Below, in pieces: positions 1 to 14,118 of a stretch of DNA of 64,000 nt (position 1 is the first letter of the stretch; every line of letters begins with the position of its first letter). The translations under genes were made by a program, and so were the position numbers. Source of the DNA: Camelus ferus (lineage: Eukaryota); contig NC_045696.1 in the NCBI RefSeq assembly GCF_009834535.1, positions 64,730,001 through 64,794,000 on the forward strand, read 5' to 3'. The notes under the pieces were generated by a model. The model searched no databases and was not told the DNA's origin. It saw only the letters and a list, made by a program, of their open reading frames with translations.

Positions 1-1545
1 CTCTGGTAAAACCTCAAGGTACAAGTCAGAAGTTATGAACAAATAGGCTAAGAGATGCCCTGAAGGACAATGAATGAGGGCAGGGGCTGGGAATAAGATT
101 ATAAAGAGTGGGAGGAGGGGACCGTGTTGAACTGGAGAGCAGCTTCTGCTTAATGGGAGCAGCTGCTGATTATTTCAGCGTTGCTTGGTGGCCATTTGGG
201 AATGTGAAGCAGTACAAATGTAATTTTCCAAAAGAGAAAAACATGACTGTCTTCCAAACATTGTTGTGAGCACATGTCAAAGGTGAATCTAACTCATTAT
301 TAAGATTTTATCAAGATGATAAAGCTGGTTCAAAGGAGGAAATGAGAGATTGGCATATTTATACAGTCAGTAGAAGAAAGAATGCTTAAATAAGATTAAT
401 TTAGTTACAAAACCAGTTAACACCCTACAGAGTAATAAAACTGTTACTGACAGGATTATTTTTTCTGCTGGACAAAAATAATTTCAAACCAGTCTTCTAC
501 AAGTTAACACCTAACTGTAAATGGTCTTGGCCCTAATCAATTGTAAACAGTAAATCAAACAATATTACATCCCTAGCGTCTAGGTCCTAGATTGCCCAGG
601 GCTGAGATCATTGTATAAATCTTAGAAAGGCTTTTGGACAAGGCTCTCTTAAAATGTAAGGAACATGTAGGAATCATTTTGAGTTATTTCCAACACTGGA
701 ATCATTTTTTCTTAACAAGGAAGACCAGCAGACCTTCCATTTTTAAAAGGAGACTGAGAATCAGGGCTTACATGTGAAATTTTTCCAGTAACAAATATAG
801 ACGAGATAAAACGGGCTTGAGGACGGGTGACCATGGATTGCCACCTTGCAGCCCAGGCATAAACCATTATTGCATTTGAAAATTCCAAAAATATTCTATT
901 CATCATTCGATGCCACTCATTCTATCCATTTTCTTCACTCTTGTGTTTCATTATTAAAGCCTATTACCCAGCTTCTGAGAACAGAGCTTCCAGGACAGTC
1001 TCTGGTTCAAATGTCTGTACCAGGTATTGCAGGCCTCAGCTCTCCCTGTGTTCTTCAGAAAATTTCAGCTGCTTTGCTTCCTCGTAGCCTGCTTTCTTTT
1101 ATAATTTCAACCTGAGCTACAAGCTGCTTACCTATCAATATTTAAGGACTTCAAGGTGAGACTGAGAATGAAAGAAATGTCTCGGCAGATTAAGACCAAG
1201 ACCATTTAAATCCTTACTACATCCTTACATTCTTAGGTAGAGGGATGCGATTTGAGGATTTTCGTAAGAAGAGAATTTTTTCTGCCTGCTTTTTCCTTTG
1301 TTGTTCCAAGGTTTTCTACCCGTTAAGCCAGTATATTTCAAGCCTCAGAAGGAGGCCAGATACAACCCAGAACAAAGAAATCAATGCTCAGCTTTGAATT
1401 TCAAATTAGACTTTAAAAAAGGGCCCAAAGAGAGGAAATAGACTTGAAACCCAATGCAGGTTGCTTGTGGGATTTTTTTTCCCCACATTCCAGAACTCTG
1501 ATTTTGCATATAAAGAGCCCAAGTTGGCTGGACTGTGAGTTCTGA

Positions 1546-2270
1546 ATTCATTCATTCATTCATTCATTCATTCATTTATTCACTCATCCTACAATTAGTT
1601 ATTGAGCATCTAAAACCTACCAGGCATGGGATATGCAGCGGTGAATAAAACAGAGAATTCTCGTAGAGTTTACATTCTGATGGGTGCAGCTGGGCAATAA
1701 GTATCTCACAAATAAACAAATAATGAGTCGGGTGGTAATAAATGCCACAGAGAGAAGAGGGAGGAGAGAAAGAGATGAGTGTCACAGAGGGTACGGTTGC
1801 CATTTTGTGCTTGGTTGAGCCGGAAGGAAGGTCTCCCCGATGTGTGATAATTGATCAGACCTGAAGGCAGCGAGGGAAAAGCCATGCGGAGATCTGGATC
1901 TGAGCAAAGGGAACAACCTGTGCAAAGGCACAAGTCAGGAGGAACTAAAGTGGTGCCAGAGAGGAGGAGCGAAGGGCAGATCACGTTGGGTTTCACAGGT
2001 CAATGTCAGGACTTTGGATTTTACTCTTGAGTGAAGGAGAAGCCAATAGAGGGTTTTGTAGAGCAGAGGAGTGATGATGCAAGTCAGGTAACTTGCACTT
2101 TTAAGGGAATCTCTGTGGCTGCTCTTCTGACTGTAGAGAACCATGGGAGGAAACAGACCAGTGCGGAGGCAATTACAGTGATAAGATGAAGGATGATTGG
2201 AAATAACTCAGACTATCATGGTAGTGGTGGAGGGGTGAGGAATTATCAGTTTCTGGATGTATTTTGAATA
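1546..2270 (-). mobile_element. L2 LINE 3' fragment with (TTCA)n tail
   Basis: (TTCA)n at 1546-1576 is followed by TTATTGAGCATC...GCGGTGAATAAAACAGA and GGACTTTGGATTTTACTCTTGAGTG...AGCCAATAGAGGGTTTT, typical of an antisense L2 3' end. Confidence 0.85.
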
Positions 2271-4711
2271 GTGAGTCAGAACCATAAAACACGAAAAGGG
2301 CCATGGCTAAAGGGTTCCTTCAAGCTGGAAGGAACGCCTGGAGGAGCTATGAGTTGAACTGCCATGCACTGTGTCTCCAAGAAATGCCCAACACCCTTTC
2401 CCTTTTGCCTCAGGTCAAGATCTGGAGATTAAGGGAAGATAGGACCCTTGGATAAGTTTGAGGGGATTCTGGAGCAGATGGTCTTGTTCTGCAGGGGCAG
2501 CTCTAAGCCTCATGGAGAAGTGCTGAGTTCTGAATGATACTAGGATGGTAGACGATCTCCAGCTGCTCAGGAGCCAGAGAAGATGGACAAGATGGCCACT
2601 TCTCAGACTCTTATGCACACAGTGTGGTGAGCAGCCCTAAATTTCCCGTAACCCTGAGAAGGAAACAATGGTAGGAGGAAAGAAAGCCAGCAGACCAAAA
2701 GGACCTGTGGCCAGGACCAGAACACAGGGTGTTAAGTGTTTGTTTACCAGGATCCATGGCAGGATTGGAGATGCTGGTAGCAGCAGATGAAGAAGAATTC
2801 GATTCTAACACCCAAGACCAGGTGGTTCAAACAATGCCCCAGGGGATGCCAGCAAAGACAGCTGCAATTCACAAAAACAGAATCTCCTTTTCCAATGAAG
2901 AGAACTCATCCTAACAGAGCTTTGTTAAAAGTATGCAGTGTCCCACAACACTGATTAAAAAAAAACGACCCCAGATGAAATTCCTGCTTACCCTGTCTGG
3001 GTTGAGTTAAAGGAGGAGCAGGTATAATTCTAGAGTCTTGAATCCAGGAAAGCTATTCAAGTATCCAGGGTTATTTGCCCTGTTTGAGGCTCCTCCTGCC
3101 TAATCTGTTTTATTGTTTTCATAGCCTGTGGCAAAATAGAACTGAAAGGAGTAGTCAGTTAATTGTTTTGATCCATTTTTTTCCACTTAAACTGTTGTGA
3201 TTAGGCACTGTGGCAAAAAGGTGCTAACAGCTTCCAATTTTGTTTGTGGTAGGACTAGCCTCATCTCAGTTTCCTTCTACCTATGCCCATATGCCCATCC
3301 TTCTCCAAGGTCTTAAGTTCTCCACCTGCAAAATGAAGGGCTTGTGCAGAAAATCTCAATAATTTCTTTAACTCTAAAGTAATTGGACTTTCCGGCTACT
3401 GCAACTGAAACATTTTTCAGCTATTTCCTTTCCTATCATTGGCCCCATCCATCTGGCACCGTGCCTTGCTCATACTGGGTTTTAAATGACTTTTTACCTT
3501 TTGCGTGAATGATGAATGAGGTGGTTGGCCTTCGACTGAACCCCATTGGGTGATGGGAAGAAGGCAGTTTAAGCTTATTTCATAACCTCCCTTCACCTCA
3601 GTGCCACCACCTCGCTACTTTCTTGAAGAGATTCTAACCTGTCATCCAAAGGGCTGGCTAGAAAGTTCCAGCACCCAGGCTCCCTCACACAGGGGGCAGA
3701 TGGTACTCTTCTTAGAGAAAAGCTGCTACATTGGTCCAGTTGTGCCCACGATGGACCCCAGTTCTTCCTTGTCTCTAGAGATGCTACTTTCCTCACTGAT
3801 TTTTCTCTCCCCAGGTGAAGAAGAATACCCAGGCCCATGTTGAATGTTTTCTGATATGAGTTAGGAAGACATACGAATAGAAAATAGAGGAGATCCCACC
3901 AGACTAAGGAAGGCAAGGCATCTTGAAGAGGTGTATAGACCGGCGGTGTTTTGTTAGAAAATGATATGATGAGGAGGGAGTCTGAGATGGAGAGAACTCA
4001 AAGCAAGTGTGTGGAAGGGGAGGGAGGAGGAGCAGGGATACACAGTAAACAGCAAGTGATCAAGTCATCAGTGCGTGGAATCTGCAGTTCTTGTCAAGCC
4101 AGAACTATAAGTTGATGGTGCCACTTTTAGAAAGATTTAAAATCCGAGGCCAAGAAATCTGTATTTCACAAACTTAATAATTCAATAAAATATGGCAAGG
4201 TACATGTGATACTCCGCTATATGTGTGGTACAGGAAGTAGTGGAACATGAGTAATTGTGACCCAAACCTCCATCTCTGGCCTTCAAGCAACAGGAAGTGA
4301 ATTGTTTTAAAGATGGATGTGTAAATGATTTTTGACAAATTTCATGCAGCACTTGGCTTTGGTGGGCTTTCTGATTTGGAGCAAATACATGTCTACGTTA
4401 TCCAATTTTTTGTAGTGCTGGCAAAAAAATGTTTTTCTGCAAAGAAGAAAAGCCTTGAAATTTTTATAAACCTTTCTGAATTTTCTGCAGTTGCTATTGA
4501 CATATTAACACAAATTTAGGTTAAAAATAAATTAATTACAATTGTAAGAATTTCATTTCCTGAAACTATATATGTTTTCGAATAAATTTACTTATCTATA
4601 AAGTACCAACAGTGTGCAAGGCAGTTTAGGCTTAAAATTTGTTTTTTATGATTTCAGACATTTCTCTTTAATATTCTTTCTATCTTTTCTGTATACGTTC
4701 TGATAGCTACT

Positions 4712-4844
4712 TCTTTTTTTAATTGATTTTGGGGGGGGGGTAATTGGGTTTATTTGTTTATTTTAATGGAGATACTGGGAATTGACCGCAGGACCTCATA
4801 TATGCTAGGCACGCACTCTACCACTGAGCTATACCCACTGCCCC
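4712..4844 (-). mobile_element. tRNA-Ala-derived SINE (Vic-1-like)
   Basis: Reverse complement reads GGGTATAGCTCAGTGGTAGAGTGCGTGCCTAGCATATATGAGGTCCTGCGGTCAATTCCCAGTATCTCCATTAAAATAAAC...C-run and A tail, matching the other four copies. Confidence 0.9.
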
Positions 4845-4984
4845 ATTCTACGTGTTCTGATCCAATACACCTCCCTGGTTCTGTACACATACTAGTTCTG
4901 GGATAAATCACTAGGGTATCTAGACTTTAGCCTTCATTCCATAATTTTGCATGAATTGGATATCTGTAGCTTGCGTGTTAGATT

Positions 4985-5210
4985 GAACACAGTGGTAGAG
5001 GGGAGAGAGAAAACCTTGGAGATGGAAGAAGCAGGGTCAGAATCTCCATTCTACCACTGAATAGTCTAGTGGCCTTGGGCAATTTTTAAAACTCTCCCAA
5101 GATTATTTTTCTCATCGGTAAAGTAATACAAACAATGGAAACCTTCAGCTTGTAGAGAAGAGAAATGTGAGTTTTCCCCGGTGTACTTGGTACATGGCGA
5201 TACTCAACAC
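4985..5210 (+). mobile_element. MIR SINE (degraded)
   Basis: MIR core-like TCTACCACTGAATAGTCTAGTGGCCTTGGGCAA...TTTCTCATCGGTAAAG. Confidence 0.65.
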
Positions 5211-6087
5211 TTCCTACCTCCCCTCTCCTCCCTTCCTCACCCCTCTCCTTCCCCATAACATGTAGTGCTTTCTTGCTCAGTCCTTTTCCTAAAATCTTCC
5301 ATTTTCACTGAAAACCCCCTGCTGTGTGACCTTGAGGAAGTAATTTTTGTCCTCTGGGCATCAGTCACTGATTAAAGTGAGAGGATCAGAGGTGATTGCT
5401 AAGGGACCTTACTTCTGTCACTGTCATACAGCTAATTTGAGGATCTCACTTAATTCACGGCTCAGTTTTATCTCGGCTGCCCATCCCCTCCCTCCAGCCC
5501 AGGAATCCTATTGCATTCCAATGTAACTTACATAACAGATGCTCTGTATTGGACACACCGAGCGTGCTGATAAGACTTCAGCTTAGAAATAGGCTAATAG
5601 AATTTGCTGAGAGCTACTTATGGGGCAGTGTTTCTCCTCTTGTTAGTTAACTTTCTTTTTCATGATTGGCAAGTGTCTGAGAATTTTCTATCTTCTGGCA
5701 ATTTAGCACAATCTGCTTGTATAAATGATTTGTTACCCACTCCTGCAGCAATTATATTAGCTTCTAATAGTAAACTCCTAGGACCACTATAGCTGATTTG
5801 TATGTTTTAAACACAAAAATTGTATGGCTAAGCTTTGAAAATAAGCTAATAAAATATGAAATTCTTGACCCTGGCACCAGGTTCACATAGATTTCCAGGG
5901 ACCTTGGTTACACCGCTGTTGCTCTCAGAACTTGGGTATAAAAAGTTCTCACATGAGATCTCAAGGAGTGATCACAAATACATACAGCTGTTAATAGGGT
6001 AAAATGATAATATGTTTTATTCTTTAAATCTCTAGAACATTATGAATTACTGATTGACTTCCTGCATAAGGGATTCCAGGATGCTTT

Positions 6088-6300
6088 GATGTAGTGAAAA
6101 GACCCCTGAACCTGAATCAGAAGACCTGCATATAAATGCCATCTCCCACTTTCTAGCTGCGTAGACCTTGAGTGAATTAACTTGCTGAACTTTAATATCT
6201 TCATGTATAAAGTAGGAATAAGATCCCTGTATCCTAGGATATTGCATAGATTAAAGGGGTTAATATATGTAAAATAACATGTAAAGTCTAAAGCTCCAAA
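6088..6300 (+). mobile_element. MIR SINE
   Basis: GTAGTGAAAAGAC...CACTTTCTAGCTGCGTAGACCTTGAGTGAATTAACTT...TTAATATATGTAAAA follows the MIR pattern. Confidence 0.7.
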
Positions 6301-6594
6301 GTTGACATTATTATAAAAAAAACTTTTATTTTTGTTCATAATAACACCATTATTTATATCATTTTCATTTCATAATGTAATACCACATGCTGGATTCCTT
6401 AATATGTAACTGCTTTCAAAGTGCTGTTAAATCCAAAGAAATCATAGACGCCCAAAGAAAACTGATAGCAGTTACTGATACAATAACTGAATTAAATAGC
6501 CAAAAGAGAGAGTGAAAATGAGTTTATGTATTGTCTTTTCCAGCCATCTTTGTAGATGGTACCCAAGACTTCAGGACTGAAAATTCTTTCTGAA

Positions 6595-6722
6595 GGGGAG
6601 AGGGTTTAGCTCAGTGGTAGAGCACATGCTTAGCATGTAGGAGGTCCTGGGTTCAATAACCAGCACCTCCATTAAAATAAATAAGTAAATAAATAAACCT
6701 AATTATCCCCCCCCAAAAAAAA
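6595..6722 (+). mobile_element. tRNA-Ala-derived SINE (Vic-1-like)
   Basis: GGGTTTAGCTCAGTGGTAGAGCACATGCTTAGCATGTAGGAGGTCCTGGGTTCAATAACCAGCACCTCCA with A/B boxes, then (TAAA)n, CCTAATTA, C-run and A tail. Confidence 0.92.
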
Positions 6723-9700
6723 CCCCACTGAGATGAATATTATTATGTCCTATATGTAGATGAGGAAATTGGGATTCAAAAAATTAACTTTATAAATTTA
6801 CAAGGTTAGCAGAGCCAGGACTCCAATATAGGTTAATCTGTGTGCTTCAGTAATCCAATTGATCCAGGTAATTTTCTGGATCACTTTTAGGGGCTGTTGC
6901 ATACTATTTATCTGTTTGGTAACAAACTCTCATCTGAGTTATCCAACCAAAAAAATAATCAATAGTGCCTAGTAAGCAATGACTGTCTACTTCTTCATTT
7001 GATTTTTGTATGATGCCTTTTCACACACGTGTTCAGCAAATTTTATGTACAGTAATCATTATGATAATGATCATTTTGTCTTTTATGGGCTGCTCCTCAC
7101 TTTCCAATATTAAACTCCAGTCTTTTGATAATTTAGTTCCAATATGATATCATATTTTCATATATTATTACAGCTACAACTATATTGCTCTCTTCCTAGC
7201 TCTTAGAGACATTGCTACATTTCAACTAAATATATATGTATATGTATACATATATGCAACTAAATATAAGTAATCATGGGGTTTCATCCATGAAGTGGAA
7301 CTCTTAGATATAATATTCCATTTCTGTAAGCATAGCTAATCCCCTTCCCCACCTCCATATAAAGCAATTGACTTTTGGCTGCAGTCTCCCACCTACAGTT
7401 ATTATTTCACTTGTGCATGGGTGGGGCGGTGTACAGGGAGCATGGAGGGAAGGACATGGCAGGCAACCCCTCCTCAGAAAGTGGGGAACTGAAGAGCCCC
7501 AGAATTCTAGAGGCCCAGTCTCCCTGGGTCAAGCTGATAAGACAGGTACCAGAATCCCTGCTGCCCTCTGAGAGTCCCAACCAGTCATGGGCCTAGAATC
7601 CCGAATGTCATTTAAGAGGAGCAAGAAAATTGCCACCCGGTGATGCCAAAACACATCTGAGAATGGTTATGAGTGTATACAGGAAACTGCTCCACCCCTA
7701 CCCCTGCCCCCAGCTAGGAAGAGGCAAGTTTTCATTACATATTGTAGAAAATACAGAGATTTTAAATTGGACAGACCTAGGTTGTATCCTTTTGCTCCTA
7801 AGGTTATTGTGAAGTTAAAATGACGTATTACAGCCAGTGTAACAGGCGGGAAGCACAATGTCCAGCATTGCTGGGCACTTTATGAGTGTTGATTCTGACC
7901 TAGAAGGAACTGACTTGGCTTGCAATTTGTTCCTTAAATATTGAATTAACTTTTGCTGTTGCTACTCTTACATCACTGAAAGCAGAATGACCTTTTCTCA
8001 CTTGGTGTTAAATCCAACAGAGTAAACCTGTTTCCAGAATGAGAATGATCTCTAAATAACTGAATCCCATTTTGTCTTTAATGGATCCACCGGCTTCACC
8101 AAGGCACCCAGTTAGTGCCTGGCATCAACTGTTGACGAATGGGTGTTGTATTCCAGAGACATCTGGAATGCCAGTCTCTGTGGAGGAGCAGAGTTTTGCT
8201 GGCAGCTTTACAGGATTCATCAGTAGCAGAAAAGCAACATTGAATAATAGCCCAAGAGAGACTTAGGGACTGAGGAGTTGCCTTAGCCAAGCAGAGGGAG
8301 CAGAGAAAGGAAAGGCTCTTAAAAGCTGAGAACAAGACAGTTGGGGAGCAGACAGTGCAGCACGACAGGCTGGCACAGCCTCGATGGGTGTCTACCAATG
8401 TTGGTGATGAGGTCAGGGATGGAGGATGAACACGTATAGGAAATGTGGCTGCAATGATGGTAGGCTACTAGGGAAAGCCAGATCCCTACGTACAGGTAAC
8501 AGGAAGGCAATGATTAGATGTGAAGAGCTCCAAGCTCTGAACCCACAGGCTGGAGTGTGCTTCTGGGCCCAGAGGTGCCTGTGACTTGGGTTGAGATCTC
8601 CATTCCTTGGGGAGATCTCTGTTCCTCTCTGGGCCTCTGTTTCCCACAGGGATCTCGAATGTACCTTCCAGATAAAAATTCTTACAATTACATCTTCATG
8701 GATGGGGAAAAACATGAGTCCAATACTACCCTTTATATAGCGGCTGGGGCAATTTCACATGAGGTAGAAGGAAACTGGCACACAACAAAGAAAAAGGGCA
8801 CAGCGTTTCCATCTATGGAGGTGCCCTCCGGAAATGACTGTGATTTGAAGGGTTAACAAAAGTTTCAGAGATACAGTAATTAGGAATGATGTATGTAGAA
8901 TGTAAGATGGCTAATCTTCTAGTAATTTTTCATCTCTTCCTCTCCTTCTAAAAAAGAACGAAGGAAATGCCAGAGGGGATATAGGCATGGGATAAAGCTG
9001 GTCTCAGATCCCTTAAATGGGATTCAGAAACACCTTCATCATCCAACTCTGTGACTCCATGGTACCTCAGTTTGATGTTCCCATGTGTTTCTAAAGAAGA
9101 TTATGAGATCAGAATTTCTTTTTTTTGTTAATCAGCAGAACCTTATTCTTCAGAGCAGCTCAGCAGGCTTTCGGAAGCTTAGTTAGCCCGAATTTTCCCC
9201 AGGATTTAAGTTGCCAGAGAAAAAGATGAAACAGTGATCCCAGAAACAGATTTTTTAAGGCCTATAAAACAAGCTTGACTTGATTTTCAGAGGTAGGAGA
9301 TAACAACTTTGTAAAAGATGCCTAGAGAGACAGGAATCCTAGTATGGTGCCTTCCCTAGACACCTGTCCGAGTGTGGGCACCTTCAGAGGAACAGTTCAG
9401 GTGGTCTAGGCCGTGGCTGGGCTGGCTCTGCAGTTGTAGGATAAAGTCAGAGGGTCCATAAGTTAAGGGTTTTATTCTTCCTGATCCGCGTTAGAAAGGG
9501 CCCGATTCAGCGTTTGCAAACTCACAGCTGCTTCGCTCTGGTTTTGCTGCTACCTGTGACTTAACATCCAAGTTTTGAATTTTAAACCTGTTCTTATAAC
9601 TTTTGAAGGGCTAGAAGCTACCCCTGAAACAAACCAAACTGATTCAACGGGTGTCTCAATCTCCTTGCTAAAATGATCAGTTTAGACCAGCAATATTTTT

Positions 9701-10415
9701 TCTCTACAAAGGAAACAGATCGTATTGTGAAGATGCTTTGAAAATCATAAATTATTTTAAGCACTAATATCATTAAACAATCAGCTTGGGTCACCCTATA
9801 TGTTGTGTATGTTCCGCATTTTCCACACTAGACTAGGCCCTATGTATGGAGAACATGATAGAAGTCGAGAATAATGTTCATCAGTGACTTGGAGAGAAAT
9901 TAAAGATACATGTTATTTGAGGAAGTGTATAGTCAGATGGCAAATGGAGCATCATTTAACAATGTAAAAAATAAAGATTTAGAAATGAGAGAAATGAACA
10001 TGAGCCAAAGTTGATCACATCATGGGGGTGATGAGATGTGAACTAGTGCTTGAAGGAAGGGGAGTGCTAGGAAAGATGGGGGCATGGATAAGATCTCATT
10101 TAGGTCAGGCTCTATGTGATGAGAAGGGAAGGAAGGAGGAACAAAATGAGAAAATTAGAGAGTCCAGGATGAAGAATGTCAAATGCATGTGTGTGCTGGG
10201 GCTGGCGCTGGGGATGGGAAGGAGGGGTTGGTTTTGGGGAGTGCCTTTGGAGAACTCAGGCAGGATAGGGTTGAACAAAGGTTAGAGGGCAGGCAGAGGC
10301 CTTTGAACTGACTTCACTGTCTTCACCATGATGCTGGTCCATTCCCAGCCATCTCTAATCTGTGCTCACAAGGATGATAAAACAGCGGTTTTCTTGTTAT
10401 ATCTTGCCCCATCTT

Positions 10416-11876
10416 TTTATTTTTTTTTACTGTTTTTAAGTTGAAGTATAGTCAGTTAAAATGTATCAATTTCTGGTGTACAGCATAATGTCCCAGTCAT
10501 ACATATATATATATACATATATTCATTTTCATATTCTTTTCCATTATAGGTTATTACAAGATATTGAATATAGTTCCCTGTGCTATATAGAAGAAATTTG
10601 GGGTTTTTTAGATCTATTTTTATATATAGTGGCTAACATTTGCAAATCTCAAACTCCCAAATTTATTCCTTCCCATCCCCGTTCCCACAGTAACCATAAG
10701 ATCATTCACTATGTCTGCAGGTCTGTTTCTGTTTTGTAGATGAGTTTATTAGTGTCCCTTTTTTTTTTTTCTCTTTTTAGATTCCACATGTGAGTGGTAT
10801 CATATGGTATTTTTCTTTCTCAGTCTGGTTTACTTCACTTAAAATGGTGATCTCTAGGTCCATCCATGTCGCTGCAAATGGCATTATTTTATTCTTTTTT
10901 ATGGTTGAGTAATATTTCATTATATAAATATACCACATCTTCTTTATCCAGTCATCTGTCTATGGACATTTAGGTTGTTTCCATGTCTTGGCTATTGGAT
11001 ATAGTGCTGCTGTGAACATTGGGGTGCATGCATCTTTCAAATTAGAGTTCCCTCTGGATATATGCCCAGGAATGGGATTGCTGGGTCATATGGTAAGTCT
11101 ATTATTAGTTTTTTGAGGAATCTCCATACTGTTTTCCACAATGGCTGCACCAAACTACATTCCCACCAACAGTTTAGGAGGGTTCCCTTTTCTTCACAAC
11201 CTCTCCAGCACTTGTCATTTGTGGACTTTTGAATGATGGCCATTCTGGGTGTGAGGTGATACCTCATTATAGTTTTGATTTGCATTTCTCTGATCATTAG
11301 TGATATTGAGCATTTTTTCATGTGCTTATTGATCATTTGTATGTCTTCGTTGGAGAATTGCTTGTTTAGGTCTCCTGCCCATTTTTGGATTAGGTTTTTT
11401 GTTTTTTTGTTATTAAGTTGTATAAACTGTTTATATATTCTGGAAATTAAGCCTTTGTCAATCGCATCATTTGCAAATATTTTCTTCCATTCAGTTTGTT
11501 GTTGTCTTGTTTTGCTTATGGTTTCCTTTGCTGTGCAAAAGCTTGTAAGTTTAATTAGGTCCAACTTGTTAATTTTCTCCTTTATTTCTATTGCCTGGGT
11601 AGACTGCCCTAGGAGAACACTGCTAATATGTCAGAGAATATTTTGCCTGTGTTTTCTTCTAGGAGGTTTACCGTGTCTATCTTATATTTAAGTCTTTAAG
11701 CCATTTTGAGTTTATTTTTGTCTATGGTGTGAGGGACTGTTCTAGCTTCATTGATTTACATGCTGCTGTCCAGTTTTCCCAACACCACTTGCTGAAGAGA
11801 TTTTTTTTTCTCCATTGTATATTCTTGCCTCCTTTGTTGAAGATTAATTGACAGTAGGTCTGTGGGTTTATTTCTG
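10416..11876 (-). mobile_element. 5'-truncated young L1 (ORF2 C-terminus plus 3' UTR), about 1.46 kb, with 13-bp TSD
   Basis: ORF 11037..11564(-) is L1 ORF2 C-terminus ([37 protein letters not shown]); poly-T at the left end; TSD CTTGCCCCATCTT at 10403-10415 and 11877-11889. Confidence 0.96.
11037..11564 (-). pseudogene. L1 ORF2 C-terminal fragment (non-functional)
   Basis: 175-aa ORF matches L1 ORF2p C-terminal cysteine-rich region; no RT or endonuclease domain upstream. Confidence 0.9.
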
Positions 11877-13059
11877 CTTGCCCCATCTTCTAATTACCAA
11901 ACATCAGGTCTGAGATTCCACCTTGCTCTAAAGCTGTTCGAGCCATCTTGGCAGTAAAGCTTTAGGACTGTCGTCACTTCTGACGTGGCATTTGAAGTCT
12001 TCTTTGTGTTCCTCTTTGTCCTAGACCAGTTCAAACAGGGCTTAGTAGCTAGAAGGCTTCATCCTTGTCAGGGGTCAGCTCATCCTCTTTCTAGCTTGAT
12101 AAACTGTATCAAGCTGGGAAATGGTAATCCAGGAATAAGAGTAAATGACCATGATATTGATGGACACCTTAACTTTAAGTAGGTAAATCTTATTCTTTTT
12201 TCCTCTTTGATAGGCCAGTTGCTCTCATTTGTATTTACAGAATGCACTTTGGAAGGAGATGAGAAATAAAACATAAAATTGTTTTTTATATTAATAATCT
12301 AAGACAGATTTGCTAGAAGCCTAAAAATTTTATAAAGATTCTAAATACACAGCTATAATTATTTTTCAGAACTTAAAACTATTTTTAAAGTGTCATAACT
12401 TGAGTAATTCTGAAATAAAACGGCAGAGCTTAACGCAAAGGTGAATTATGTTGAACACAGTTTAGCGTCTGCACAGTTGTTATATATATATTGCTCCTAG
12501 TAGTCAAGGGTTCAAAAGGACTCTATTTTACTGGGCCTCACACTATTTCATTTCCTCATAAATCCTGAACAAGTATAAATGTAGCAGAAATATTGTCAGT
12601 GAGTAAAACATTGAGTCCAATAGAACATTTGAACACTCCAAAGGGAAAAAGGCATTCACAGTTTTAGGCATTTACCTAACTGCTCATAATCTTTTAGCTA
12701 ACTCAACATGATGGTATTTTAGAGTAAATGTGTTCATCATATTGATGGATTAAAAATTCAGCGTGCCATTTGGATTCCGAAAGACATGTGGAAAATTTTG
12801 AATTATAGTTTCCTTAGATAGATTAAAGAAGACATCATGCCTTTTGGATTCTGAAGGATGGAAAATTCTGAATACTTATAAAACATTTTCATGTATATTT
12901 TAATGGTGCTCTTCAATGGCAATAACAGCATGTACAACATTTATCTTTTTTCCACTTGGAAAAGAAATAGATGTTTATTGAAGAAACTTTGTGTAATTCA
13001 GAAAAATGATATGGAGAAAATAAGACAGTTTATTCTTTTGATAGATTGGTTTGCGAATA

Positions 13060-13390
13060 TGAATCATGTGTGTTAGACAATGTGTGTGAGTACCATAGCT
13101 ACAAGCGCAGCAGACATAGTGGAGGTCTTTGAGGAGCAAACTGTCTCTTGGATAAATTAACTAACAACTGACACAGAGTGTGTAATAGTGATATGATGGG
13201 TGAAGTTCACGGTGCCAAGGTAGGATGTAACAGGAGTACCTAATAAGATGGAGCCCAGTGGAATGGTAGTGATGTAAGGGGACACCTTTAAGTGAAGGTG
13301 GTGGGAGCTGAGTGTTTCAACCAGAGAGGACGGAACTTTTGAAGACCTTGATGAGAGAGAAAGAGCATAACAAAGTTGAGGAATTTTAGG
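13060..13390 (-). mobile_element. L2 fragment (degraded)
   Basis: Antisense L2-like GACATAGTGGAGGTCTTTGAGGAGCAAACTGTC...GTTTCAACCAGAGAGGAC. Confidence 0.45.
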
Positions 13391-14007
13391 AAGGCCGGTT
13401 GATGAGTTAACATTCTTATCAGAAGCCCATTCGTATCAGTTAACATATGTTTTTGCATATATTATTCCTGTCTCTTTTGAAAGATGTGTTGAAATGTATC
13501 TTAAAATACTCTGGATCATATATTTTTCTACCTACTTTATTCACTGCGTCAAAAATTGTGTTTATTGGTCCACATCATTGAAATTCTTCTATATGTTAAA
13601 TGGCAGCACAGTTATCTGTATAATTATAATCTCATAATTAACTAGTCCCCTCATTGAATATACTGTATCCCATTTTTCTCTATTATAAAAAGAGACCATT
13701 TTAATAGACTTTTTATGCATCTACTTGATTATTTCCATAGTATCAAATGTACAGTGAATTTCAAATAGACAACCCCACCTCCAGTTAGACACTCCCCAAC
13801 ATGAATTAGTGTTTTTTCAGGCTCTTTATTGAAAAGTGTTTATTGAAAAGCTTCACGTGTGGGACATAGACCAGTTAGTTGTCCTCAGCAGATATATATA
13901 CTGACTTGGAACCTGCCCCACGGTTCAGCGGGCCGTAGCTGTATCCTAAAAAATTCCTTGAGTTGGACCTCAGGGAAAGCTTGAAGTGGTTTTAGTCTCT
14001 GACCACA

Positions 14008-14118
14008 TTTTTTTTTAAATTGAAGTACAATTACGATGTGTCAATTTCTAGTGTACAGCACAGTGTCCCAGCCTTGCATGTACATACATATACTCGCTTT
14101 CGTTTTTTTTTCCATTAA
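14008..14118 (-). mobile_element. Short L1 3'-tail fragment
   Basis: TTTTAAATTGAAGTACAATTACGATGTGTCAATTTCTAGTGTACAGCACAGTGTCCCAG is similar to the 3' end of the L1 at 10440-10540. Confidence 0.85.

Noticed and set aside
712..1115. Short ORFs at the window start as possible coding exons
   Set aside because: No recognisable protein similarity and no consistent splice-site pair.
6595..6672. Apparent tRNA-Ala genes (also at 35440, 36009, 41018 and 4770-4844)
   Set aside because: Shared SINE tail, TSDs on three copies and stem-disrupting substitutions show they are SINE copies.
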